Positions 55,947-64,000 of a stretch of 64,000 nt of DNA are shown here, piece after piece. The first letter of the stretch is position 1. Every line of letters starts with the position of its first letter. The notes under the pieces are model-generated. The model was not told the DNA's origin. It did no database searches and worked only from the letters and a program-made list of their open reading frames with translations. The position numbers were made by a program, and so were the translations under genes. Origin of the DNA: a virus; the IMG/VR virus record IMGVR_UViG_2565956892_000004. The stretch is one strand, 5' to 3'.

Positions 55947-58337
55947 TTATTGGCAACTTTCGCAATCAGGCTCGAAAATCGAACACAATTTGGCTTGTTG
56001 GTGAGCTTCTGCATCACTCAATGTCGCCCCTTGAGCCACTGCTGATTTCAATGCTTCAATGACGTCATCTTTTGCCGATGCTGAATCTTTGGTAGCTGAT
56101 TGGCCACGTAGGTAGTAAGTGGTCTTCAAACCCTTGCGGTGAGCTTCGGTGTAAATGAGGTCTAAGTCTCTACCAGTTGTTCCTTGCTTAGCGAACAAGT
56201 TAGTTGATTGAGACTGACAGATCCATTTTTGTCGAACAGCTGCGGCTTTAATAATCCATAGCTGATCAACATAGAACGCCTCTTTAAGTAAGTGATAGTT
56301 TGTTCCAACATGACGCACCGATGGGTCAATCACTTTGTACACGCCACCTAAGTTCGTTTTATAGAACTGAAGCAGGAATGGCACTTCTGTGCATTGGGTT
56401 GTACCGGCAATGTTTGAGATCGTTGCCGTTGGTGCAATTGCCATGATGTTTGAGTTGCGCATGCCTTTCTTGACTTTCTCGCGCAAGGCTTCCCAATCGA
56501 AACGACGTGGGCGATCAAAGAAAGGCTTGCCATCTTCCATCTTCTTAGCAGTGTCAATTGGCAAGATGCCTTGTGACCACTTAGAACCTTCAAATGAAGG
56601 ATATGACCCAAGCTCTTGCGCTAGATCTGCTGAGGCTTCAATTGCAAAGTAAGAAATTGCCTCAAACAATGCGTCTGCTTGTTCAAGATGTTGATCACTT
56701 TCAAAATCTACACCTTGTTTTACTAGCCACTCGTAATAACCCATTACACCTAAACCAATTGGGCGGTGACGAAGGTTAGAGAGTTTGGCGCGTTCTGATG
56801 GGTAGTAGTTTACGTCAATCACCGAGTCGAGATTTCGGATGGCCAAACGAACTGCTGTACGCAATTTTTCTAATGGATTATCGCCCGACATTACAACGGC
56901 TAGGTTGATTGAGCCAAGATTACAAACAGCTGTTTCTTCTTTAGATGTATTTAGCGTGATTTCGGTACACAAGTTACTGTGGTGAATTACCCCCACATGC
57001 GACTGAGGGTTACGGCGGTTACTCTCGTCTTTGAATGTAATCCACGGGTGGCCCGTTTCAAACAAGTTAGAAAGAATATGACGCCACACTTTAATTGCAG
57101 GCAATTGGAACTCAAATTCACCAAGCGCTTCAAGCTCTTCATAACGGGCTTCAAATTCTTCGCCATACAACTCATGAAGCTCAGGGAATTTATGCGGAGA
57201 GAAGAACGACCACATTGCTTCCGGGTCTTCTTTGCGTTTCATTAACAAATCAGGAACCCAAGCGGCAGGGAATACATCATGCGCACGAAGTCGGTCATCA
57301 CCAGCTTCCTTCTTGAGTTCACAGAAGGACATGAAATCAGGATGCCAAGATTCAAGATAAGGCGCCACAGAACCTTTACGTTTACCGCCTTGATTTACCG
57401 CGACAGCTGTATTGTTTTGAACTTTGATGTAAGGCACAACACCGCTAGAGATACCATTTGTACCAATGATGATTTCATTTTCACCACGCACAGGTGTCCA
57501 ATCTGTGCCGATACCACCAGCAAACTTAGACAATAAAGCTGTTTCTTCAATGGCTCCAAAGATTGAAGCATAACGACTGTCACCAAGTTCGGCTGTGATC
57601 GTGTCTGATACTTGGTTTAAGTAACAGCTAGACAACTGAGGGCGTAATGTACCGGCATTGAAAAGCGTTGGTGTTGAAGAGATATAGTTCAAAGTTGAAT
57701 ACATTTCATAGTATTCAAGAGCGCGCGCCGTGCGGTTTTCAGGCTTTTCTTTAATTGCGACACCCATTGCTACACGCATCCAGAAATGTTGCGGCAATTC
57801 GATAATTTCACCTGAAGTTTTACCAGTCGCTTTTTCGTACTTAACATCGCGATTTTTGCGAATAAAGTAACGGTCTTTTAGAGTATCTAGTCCTAAATAA
57901 CCAAACAGCAAATCACGCTCTGGCTTGATTGCGGCATTAATTCTATCTAGGTCGTAGCTTTGCAATAAAGCAGGGTCGAGAAGGTTGCAAGAAACACCCC
58001 CCTGAATGTAATCCTTAATGTGAGGATATTTAAAACCACCACCATCGACCTTTCCTTGCTCGCCGCATACAAGTTTGTATAAATCTAAGAGCAATAAGCG
58101 AGCCGCTACAAATGAAGCATCTGTCATGGTTGCAGAAGTTAGTTTAGATGCTGCGCTAATTAAAGCTTCTTGAATGTCGCTTGTTTTAATACCGTCATAG
58201 ATAAGCATAATTGCATTATCAATAACTAATTGAGGTGGCACGTTTGTGTTTTTTGTGGCCCAAATTACCGCTTTCTCAATTTTTTCTTGAGAAAAAGGCT
58301 CCGTAGAGCCGTTGCGTTTGGTTACACGGTTGGTCAT
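55947..58337 (-). CDS. nrdA: Ribonucleotide reductase class Ia large (alpha) subunit
   Basis: N-terminal ATP-cone (VTKRNGSTEPFSQEKI). Active-site AVCNLGSINL and SNLCTEI. C-terminal CESCQ redox pair. 796 aa. Confidence 0.85.
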   Translation of the reverse strand: MTNRVTKRNGSTEPFSQEKIEKAVIWATKNTNVPPQLVIDNAIMLIYDGIKTSDIQEALISAASKLTSATMTDASFVAARLLLLDLYKLVCGEQGKVDGGGFKYPHIKDYIQGGVSCNLLDPALLQSYDLDRINAAIKPERDLLFGYLGLDTLKDRYFIRKNRDVKYEKATGKTSGEIIELPQHFWMRVAMGVAIKEKPENRTARALEYYEMYSTLNYISSTPTLFNAGTLRPQLSSCYLNQVSDTITAELGDSRYASIFGAIEETALLSKFAGGIGTDWTPVRGENEIIIGTNGISSGVVPYIKVQNNTAVAVNQGGKRKGSVAPYLESWHPDFMSFCELKKEAGDDRLRAHDVFPAAWVPDLLMKRKEDPEAMWSFFSPHKFPELHELYGEEFEARYEELEALGEFEFQLPAIKVWRHILSNLFETGHPWITFKDESNRRNPQSHVGVIHHSNLCTEITLNTSKEETAVCNLGSINLAVVMSGDNPLEKLRTAVRLAIRNLDSVIDVNYYPSERAKLSNLRHRPIGLGVMGYYEWLVKQGVDFESDQHLEQADALFEAISYFAIEASADLAQELGSYPSFEGSKWSQGILPIDTAKKMEDGKPFFDRPRRFDWEALREKVKKGMRNSNIMAIAPTATISNIAGTTQCTEVPFLLQFYKTNLGGVYKVIDPSVRHVGTNYHLLKEAFYVDQLWIIKAAAVRQKWICQSQSTNLFAKQGTTGRDLDLIYTEAHRKGLKTTYYLRGQSATKDSASAKDDVIEALKSAVAQGATLSDAEAHQQAKLCSIFEPDCESCQ

Positions 58338-58382
58338 TTTGTTTCCTTGTTGCGTTACGTTGTGTGGCTTTCGCCACGAGAA

Positions 58383-58703
58383 TTACCAAACAAATGCTTT
58401 TGTTCGGGGTTTATCTGAAGCAAGCGGAGCAGCCTTTTCAGGTTCGATTTCGTCGACGCCGATCACCACTGCTGCTTTTCCGTCTTTGACAATGTTTGAG
58501 AACAGTGATTTCGCCCAAGCATTCGCCATAGGGTCTATAGAGTCCCATTCATCCATGTAAATCGCCTTTGATGACGGCTTGGCGGGTGTAGAGGTCACCC
58601 ATACGTCTTTACCTTGTCTTGCTAAGTCCTTTGTGAGCTGATCTATAAGCTTTTGATTGAAGGCAAACCTTCCCATGCTGCGAGGTCTGTGAAGAATCAC
58701 CAT
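58383..58703 (-). CDS. Hypothetical protein (106 aa)
   Basis: ORF downstream of nrdA. No CxxC, so not a glutaredoxin. Confidence 0.35.
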   Translation of the reverse strand: MVILHRPRSMGRFAFNQKLIDQLTKDLARQGKDVWVTSTPAKPSSKAIYMDEWDSIDPMANAWAKSLFSNIVKDGKAAVVIGVDEIEPEKAAPLASDKPRTKAFVW

Positions 58704-59302
58704 GCCACCCCACCAGTTCGAGGGGTATCTTTTGTGATGCCCACTGATTCATCTGAGGCTTCTTCAAGCTCTTTTTCTAGCTCTTCAGGTGTTTTCTTTG
58801 GCGTTATGGGTGGAACGATAATTGAGTCACGTTCAAAATAGCCATCCCATGATTCAGCTTTTTTATTCCGCAACGAGTCATAATCAACTCGACTTACCAA
58901 CGAAGAAATTGCACTTGCGCTTGCTTTGACTGAAAGGTCTGCCGCACTTACTCTCGATGTGAGATTTGATAAGCTGTTTGTTAGCTCGTTTGCGCCTAAT
59001 GGAGCAGGGCAGATAACTGGTCGAAAAATCGTTTGCGAATCACATCTTATCGTTACTCTTAGCTCATCCTCCCAGCTCTTGCGAGTGCGAACAACTTCGC
59101 TTTGAACCTTAAAGCAATGACAATTCAGGCATTGAGAGGAAATGAAGCCTTCGTTTACCGCTATTTTCATAGCCTTACTTTTGGAGTAACTAAGTGCGGC
59201 TTCAATATCTCTTTCGAGGGGGTCTAACCGAACGGTAACACGAGCGGGATTTCCTTCTGCAAAGAGTTTTAGTTTGTCATTGCTCATCTGTTGGTGATCC
59301 AA
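58697..59302 (-). CDS. Hypothetical protein (201 aa, CLNCHC Cys/His cluster)
   Basis: ORF. Confidence 0.4.
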   Translation of the reverse strand: MDHQQMSNDKLKLFAEGNPARVTVRLDPLERDIEAALSYSKSKAMKIAVNEGFISSQCLNCHCFKVQSEVVRTRKSWEDELRVTIRCDSQTIFRPVICPAPLGANELTNSLSNLTSRVSAADLSVKASASAISSLVSRVDYDSLRNKKAESWDGYFERDSIIVPPITPKKTPEELEKELEEASDESVGITKDTPRTGGVAW

Positions 59303-59346
59303 AAACCTAATAAATAAAATATTAAGGCGACAAATCGCCGCCTTAA

Positions 59347-59369
59347 TAGTATAGTCAGTACTGACTGAT
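59347..59369. promoter_or_regulatory. Copy of the conserved intergenic palindromic element, upstream of RuvC-like gene
   Basis: Identical 23-mer AAGTATAGTCAGTACTGACTGAT. Confidence 0.6.
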
Positions 59370-59384
59370 CTAGTGCCTAATTTT

Positions 59385-59978
59385 TTAATTTAGTTGGGCA
59401 TTTTTTAACTGCTTGAGCATCTGAATTGCAGATTTAAACTCGTCGGTGTCCAAACCTGCCTTAATCGCGAAAGTAGCATCTGCCAAATGTTCGTTACTAC
59501 TTAATGGCTCTAGTACGCCTTTGATTTTTCGCATTGGCCATTTAGCTTCAGGATGAGCATTCATTGCAGCTTCGATCATTTCGCCCTTTGTTGCGGTTTT
59601 AATGCCGGTTCCAGCTAATTTTACTTCGGTCGGTGTGACTTGAATTAAAGGAAGCGGACAACTAGACAAAACCCCAATGCAAATACCGTAAGAAACCATT
59701 GCTCGCGCTGACTGAGAGCCAACAGGAACTTCGCAAATAGCAAATGAAGCACCCTTACAAGCTTCTTTTAAACCATCATGAAGCGATTTTGCCCGGCGTA
59801 AGTCATCACTGTTTTTGCGAACAACTTTTTTAGTTGCCTTGTTCTCTTCAGATTTAATTAAGTTCATGCTCACAACAGAGAATGAAAGATCTGGATCATC
59901 CAAATTCACATCGGCAACTACGATTCCGAAATTCTTTAATGATGGGTCAATCCCGATTACGCGTACTGTATTACTCAT
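59385..59978 (-). CDS. RuvC-like Holliday junction resolvase
   Basis: N-terminal VIGIDPSLKNFGIVVADV (RuvC motif I with catalytic Asp). Downstream ICEV acidic motif. 197 aa. Confidence 0.55.
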   Translation of the reverse strand: MSNTVRVIGIDPSLKNFGIVVADVNLDDPDLSFSVVSMNLIKSEENKATKKVVRKNSDDLRRAKSLHDGLKEACKGASFAICEVPVGSQSARAMVSYGICIGVLSSCPLPLIQVTPTEVKLAGTGIKTATKGEMIEAAMNAHPEAKWPMRKIKGVLEPLSSNEHLADATFAIKAGLDTDEFKSAIQMLKQLKNAQLN

Positions 59979-59981
59979 TTT

Positions 59982-60614
59982 TTACCACACTGCCACATTG
60001 TTTTTTAAACTTTGAATCTTTTGCTCGCGCACACAGCGGAGCTTCTTGATTTCCGCTTTTGCCTCTTGGATTGATTTGATCGCTGGTCTAAATGACAAGC
60101 TGTCGAAAACTTCCGTCAGCGTTTCATGCAATCCGTTAAAAAGCTGACGGCCACGATTTATATCAACCATGATTTCTGCAAAATCGGCAGCAAAAGCGGG
60201 TCTGAAGCGGAGGTGAATTAAATCAAGGATGTCCTCTTGAACTTTCCAAAAGTCCATTTGCTCAATGAGGCTTTCATTTATGCCAGCCTTAAACAAAAGG
60301 AATGATTCTCCACCCAAAAACTCTCGCTGCGTCCAAGAGTCCGTACCGCTTTTATAGATTTTTCGAACCTGAATATTCCCACCCTGAGCCAACATAAACT
60401 CGTTAGCAAATGACAGAGGGGAAAATTCAGAGTCGTTAGCATTCATATCAAGTTCAGCATTCATTTGATGCACAACGCCAGAAAGGATTTCCTTCACTTT
60501 TGAAGCGAGTTTTGCATCCTCATTTGCGCACAAATTCAAATGCTGCTGAATTAAACTGTCCTCCTTTTCTAGCTGAGCGAGGACTTCATCCTCAATAGCT
60601 TCATAGATGTTCAC
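59982..60614 (-). CDS. Hypothetical protein (210 aa)
   Basis: ORF between the SbcC-like and RuvC-like genes. Confidence 0.4.
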   Translation of the reverse strand: MNIYEAIEDEVLAQLEKEDSLIQQHLNLCANEDAKLASKVKEILSGVVHQMNAELDMNANDSEFSPLSFANEFMLAQGGNIQVRKIYKSGTDSWTQREFLGGESFLLFKAGINESLIEQMDFWKVQEDILDLIHLRFRPAFAADFAEIMVDINRGRQLFNGLHETLTEVFDSLSFRPAIKSIQEAKAEIKKLRCVREQKIQSLKNNVAVW

Positions 60615-60714
60615 AAATGCTCTCCTTGCAATTAATGTGTGAATTTGTATGCCCTTAACGAAAAACGCGCTAATACGCGCAATCTGTGCGTATTAGCGGT
60701 ATGTTTAGACGGGA

Positions 60715-62667
60715 TTAAACGAGATTTGCACCGCTCACAGTTGAGTAACCATTTTCCTTAGTGACTACCACAACATCGTCAATCCAATCTCGCAGCTCTG
60801 AATGCGACACAACGATCACGGTGCCTCGTTCTCGTGCTTTTCGCTCAAGCACACCCATAAGACGTTCAAGACCTGATTTATCCAATGCATCATCAATTTC
60901 GTCACCGATGAACAAACTAATCGGCTTGGTTGCGCGACTAGCAACCAGATCTTGCAGTGCTAAAGCGGTAGCTAAACGAACCTTACGTTTTTCACCGCCG
61001 CTCAAACCTTTAAATGACTCTCCGCCCGTATTGTCACGGACATCGATTGTGAATTTTTCTTTAAGCTCTTTTTTGCTGTTAAGCGTCAAGGTCGACCAAA
61101 CCGCATGAGTGTTGCCGTCAGTAAGTGCGCCGAGATAGTCTTCGGTTCGCTCATTCAAGAACGGCGTAACTGTATCGAGAATATGAGCGCGCACACCTGA
61201 TGGGCCATAAATCAAAACCGCATGTTCATGTAATTCAACTAACGCTTGCAATTCCTGCACTTCCTGATCAATTGCAGAGTTCTTTGCGATGTAATCCGCA
61301 ATTTTTGCTTGTTGGTCAGCTTCCATTGCTGAGAATGGATTCGCCTCATTCATTACATCTTTTGCGCGCTTTTTGATTCTTTCAATGTCCTTGAGATTGC
61401 GGTCAATCTCAGAGCTTGACGAAGTAAATGCAGCAATTGCGCCTTCAACAGCAGCCTTGTCAGCATAGAGCTTGCGAACGTCCAGCGAATTGTTTTGAAG
61501 GAAGTCATTGAGGTTCTTCTCAGCCGCTTCAAATTCAGCTTTCACCTGTTCCATTTCGGCTTTGGCTTTCAGCGCATCTTGTTTTGCAACTTGGGCTTGA
61601 TTCATTTGAACCGACCGCGCTTGCTGTAAATCACTAGCGCAATATTCTTTACCGCACTGTGTGCAAGGCGTACCAACTAAACCGTCAATGCCTCGAATTT
61701 TGGTCGCTAAATTATTTAAATTAGTTTTAAGAGAAGAATAATTATTATTAGTGATGCGGTACTTGATACCCAAGTCATCACGGATCTGAGTTAATTTCTT
61801 TGCCTCATTAACTAAATCTTCCGCTTTACTAATCGCGGTTTCAATACTTTGTTTCTCGGCATTGAGAGCGTTAATGTCGGTATTGCCCATTTGGACTTTG
61901 ATGTCTTCAATAGCCTTCTTCAGCGGTAACGCTTCGCTCAACACAGCTCTAGCGCGTGACTCTTTTGTGTCGTCAAACTGCTTTAATTTCGCTTGTGTCT
62001 CAGCCAGTTGACTCTGCATGGTCGCAAGTACCGTCGCAAAATTATCGCGTATTGTGAGCTTATTTGAGAGCTTCGCTTTAACTTCGGCTAACTTACGTTT
62101 TGCAATGGTGTGCGCTTGCTCTAAAACCTGAATGCCAGCCGCCTCTTCAATTAAGACTTTCAGGTTTTTATCCGTAAGGGCGGGGAGGTTTGGCATCATT
62201 TCCTGACCCGCATATACGGATGACATAAAGACATCTAGCGTAGAACCAACAATATCAACTACAAGCTCCTGAGTTTCTTTATCAGTGCCTTTCGTGATGT
62301 TGCCATTAGGTAACTCATTGCCGTAAATATCGGTTTTTAAGACAATCAGCGCGTTTTTGTGTGTCGCATGTTTGCGGTGACGAGCGATTTTGTAACACTG
62401 TCCATTGTCATGAATCGTGAGTTCGACCGCACAATCCTTTTTGGCCGTCTTATTAATGACTAAATCTCCTGTAACGTCTCTTGCGGTAGTTCCGTAGAGG
62501 CACCAACATAAAGCGTCAACAATGGATGACTTACCTGAACCATTTGAGTCTGCGGATGAGTTGTCTTTGTTTTCACCTTGCACCAACAATAATCCACGAT
62601 TAGCTAAATCAAGACGGGCTTCGCCAATCGTTAAGAAGTTATTAATCTTGAGTGTTAAAAATTCCAT
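60715..62667 (-). CDS. SbcC/Rad50-like recombination ATPase
   Basis: N-terminal Walker A GSGKSS. Central coiled-coil with CPxC-type zinc hook GTPCTQCGKEY. C-terminal signature LSGGEKRKV and Walker B LFIGDEIDDALD. Confidence 0.8.
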   Translation of the reverse strand: MEFLTLKINNFLTIGEARLDLANRGLLLVQGENKDNSSADSNGSGKSSIVDALCWCLYGTTARDVTGDLVINKTAKKDCAVELTIHDNGQCYKIARHRKHATHKNALIVLKTDIYGNELPNGNITKGTDKETQELVVDIVGSTLDVFMSSVYAGQEMMPNLPALTDKNLKVLIEEAAGIQVLEQAHTIAKRKLAEVKAKLSNKLTIRDNFATVLATMQSQLAETQAKLKQFDDTKESRARAVLSEALPLKKAIEDIKVQMGNTDINALNAEKQSIETAISKAEDLVNEAKKLTQIRDDLGIKYRITNNNYSSLKTNLNNLATKIRGIDGLVGTPCTQCGKEYCASDLQQARSVQMNQAQVAKQDALKAKAEMEQVKAEFEAAEKNLNDFLQNNSLDVRKLYADKAAVEGAIAAFTSSSSEIDRNLKDIERIKKRAKDVMNEANPFSAMEADQQAKIADYIAKNSAIDQEVQELQALVELHEHAVLIYGPSGVRAHILDTVTPFLNERTEDYLGALTDGNTHAVWSTLTLNSKKELKEKFTIDVRDNTGGESFKGLSGGEKRKVRLATALALQDLVASRATKPISLFIGDEIDDALDKSGLERLMGVLERKARERGTVIVVSHSELRDWIDDVVVVTKENGYSTVSGANLV

Positions 62668-63725
62668 TACTCAGCAACCTCCATGCGCGCTTCTGTCAAA
62701 ATTGATTGGCACAGCGCATCAAGTTGAGGGCTGTTTAACGGCGAGTTAGTAATAAATTGAGTTACGGACGACTCAATTGACGCGCCAGCTTTTACCGCTG
62801 CGTTTGCACGTTGAACGTCTGCAACTGGTTTGGACGCAATGATCGTCACACCTTGAGCGCCAATATCTGTAAGGTATTTGCGGAACTGCTCAATTTCGAT
62901 TTGTTTAACGATCTTGATTTTTGCGCGGACATAGTTACCAGGCACAACAGCTTGAATGTCTAATTCATCCATTGAGCCATCAATTTCAACAAAGGCAGGT
63001 AAATGGGATTTGTACCAACGCACATCGGTGTTATTTACAACTAAGAATCCTGCTTTATGGCCAACGTCAGACCATGTGTAGTGAGCCAATGCACCTACCG
63101 AATAAACAGTTTCGCTAAGTTGTTTGTGATGATGGTAGTGACCGCTAAATACGAGCTTAAATCCATATTGCTCAAGATCACTTGCGGTAAGTCCATGCTC
63201 AGGTAATCCCGCAATAACGCCGTCTACAGGCGCATGAATCATTAACGTCCAATCACTTATGCTTTCCATAGAGCGCAAAGGCGGAGGGGATGGCATTGAT
63301 TCGATGTGCTTTTTAGCCTTTTCTATCTCGTCTTTAAGCCCTTTTACGCTTTCAATCCACGGTATCATCACAACACGATCATCATTGAAGAAAGTAGGCT
63401 TATTAACGATTTGACAACCGATACCTTCTAATGCTGTTACTGCAGAGCCGGTGCGTGTGACATGACGATCTTCAAGATCATGGTTGCCAGCTAATATACG
63501 AATGATAAAACCTTCTTCAATCAATTGGCGGTAAACATCAAGCGTAGGGTTTAGTACTGAGGGCGCAATCTGCCCGCGCACATGAAATAAATCACCTGTG
63601 TGATAAATAGTGTTGCCGCCTGCGCTTTTAACTTCTGCTGCAAGACGGCGAACTTCGTTTAAACGTAAGCATCCGGCTAACACAGCCTTACCAAGCGGTC
63701 CTATAAGCCTTAATTTAGTTCCCAC
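62667..63725 (-). CDS. SbcD/Mre11-like nuclease (motif I apparently degenerate; GTG start)
   Basis: Phosphoesterase motifs GDLFH, GNHD and GHYHH present. N-terminal LRLIGPLGK lacks the Asp/His of motif I. Frame opens directly after a TAG adjacent to the IS-type gene. Confidence 0.65.
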   Translation of the reverse strand: MGTKLRLIGPLGKAVLAGCLRLNEVRRLAAEVKSAGGNTIYHTGDLFHVRGQIAPSVLNPTLDVYRQLIEEGFIIRILAGNHDLEDRHVTRTGSAVTALEGIGCQIVNKPTFFNDDRVVMIPWIESVKGLKDEIEKAKKHIESMPSPPPLRSMESISDWTLMIHAPVDGVIAGLPEHGLTASDLEQYGFKLVFSGHYHHHKQLSETVYSVGALAHYTWSDVGHKAGFLVVNNTDVRWYKSHLPAFVEIDGSMDELDIQAVVPGNYVRAKIKIVKQIEIEQFRKYLTDIGAQGVTIIASKPVADVQRANAAVKAGASIESSVTQFITNSPLNSPQLDALCQSILTEARMEVAE

Positions 63726-63750
63726 CTAAAAACAAGTGGGGACTTAATCC

Positions 63751-64000
63751 ATGAACATGGATATATATTCAGCAACACCTCCTGTTGCTAAAAAACGCAG
63801 AACATACAGCAAAGAATTCAAACTCAGTATTGTCAATGCCTGTAAAAATCCTAATACCTCGATCGCTTCGGTCGCACTGCAACATAGTATTAATGCCAAC
63901 CTTGTCAGTCGTTGGATCAGGATCTTCAGCCATCATGAGGGTGCCGTGCAGGATCCTACTCATGTGAATCCAGCATTTATTGCTTTGCCTTACACTGCTG
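63751..64000 (+). mobile_element. IS transposase HTH protein (IS3/IS66-type OrfA, Transposase_8-like), 5' part; element continues past the window end
   Basis: Open frame from the ATG at 63751 to the window end. RRTYSKEFKLSIVNACKNPNTSIASVALQHSINANLVSRWIR matches the conserved OrfA HTH pattern (R.Y..EFK...V......S...VA..L.I....L..W). Confidence 0.5.

Noticed and set aside
58383-58703. 106-aa ORF after nrdA as NrdH/glutaredoxin or NrdI
   Set aside because: No CxxC redox motif and no flavodoxin-like N-terminus. Left as hypothetical.
1-64000. CRISPR array or integrase/attachment site
   Set aside because: No regularly spaced direct repeats with unique spacers were found. No tyrosine- or serine-recombinase motifs were seen in any ORF.

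Overview
This window reads as a near-contiguous dsDNA tailed-phage genome (siphovirus-like), with almost every gene on the minus strand. It breaks into five parts, described below in order.

1. Positions 1-20400: a lambda-like morphogenesis module. Gene order is small and large terminase, portal, scaffold, major capsid, head-tail joining proteins, gpV-like tube, gpG/gpT chaperones with a canonical GGGAAAG -1 slip site, tape measure, then gpM/L/K/I/J-like tip proteins. The gpJ-like gene runs off the left edge.

2. Positions 20.5-27 kb: a small-protein, ParB-like and ABC-ATPase cluster, followed by a plus-strand SF2 helicase.

3. Positions 27-43 kb: an AT-rich early/accessory region of small genes separated by a repeated terminator-promoter-leader cassette. 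It contains an RNase H, an AAA+ ATPase, an Xre-HTH plus kinase-like pair, and an approximately 1.7 kb ORF-free structured region (31.2-32.9 kb).

4. Positions 43-63.7 kb: a replication, recombination and nucleotide-metabolism module. It contains a DnaQ-like exonuclease, an SPFH lipoprotein, a Toprim protein, a P-loop kinase, Dut, ThyX, class Ia NrdAB, a RuvC-like resolvase and SbcCD-like proteins. A plus-strand Doc/Fic-like toxin pair sits between thyX and nrdB.

5. Positions 63751-64000: the start of an IS-type transposase HTH gene.

A near-palindromic 16-mer (AGTCAGTA-N-TGACTGA) recurs about 18 times, always intergenic. The tape-measure reading frame carries an in-frame TAG.

No tRNA, CRISPR array, integrase, DNA polymerase or RNA polymerase gene was recognised in the window.

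Functional calls rest on motifs I could read in the translations and on gene order, not on database searches. Many ORF-track N-termini in the early region are over-extended; I corrected starts where an RBS or leader motif made this clear.
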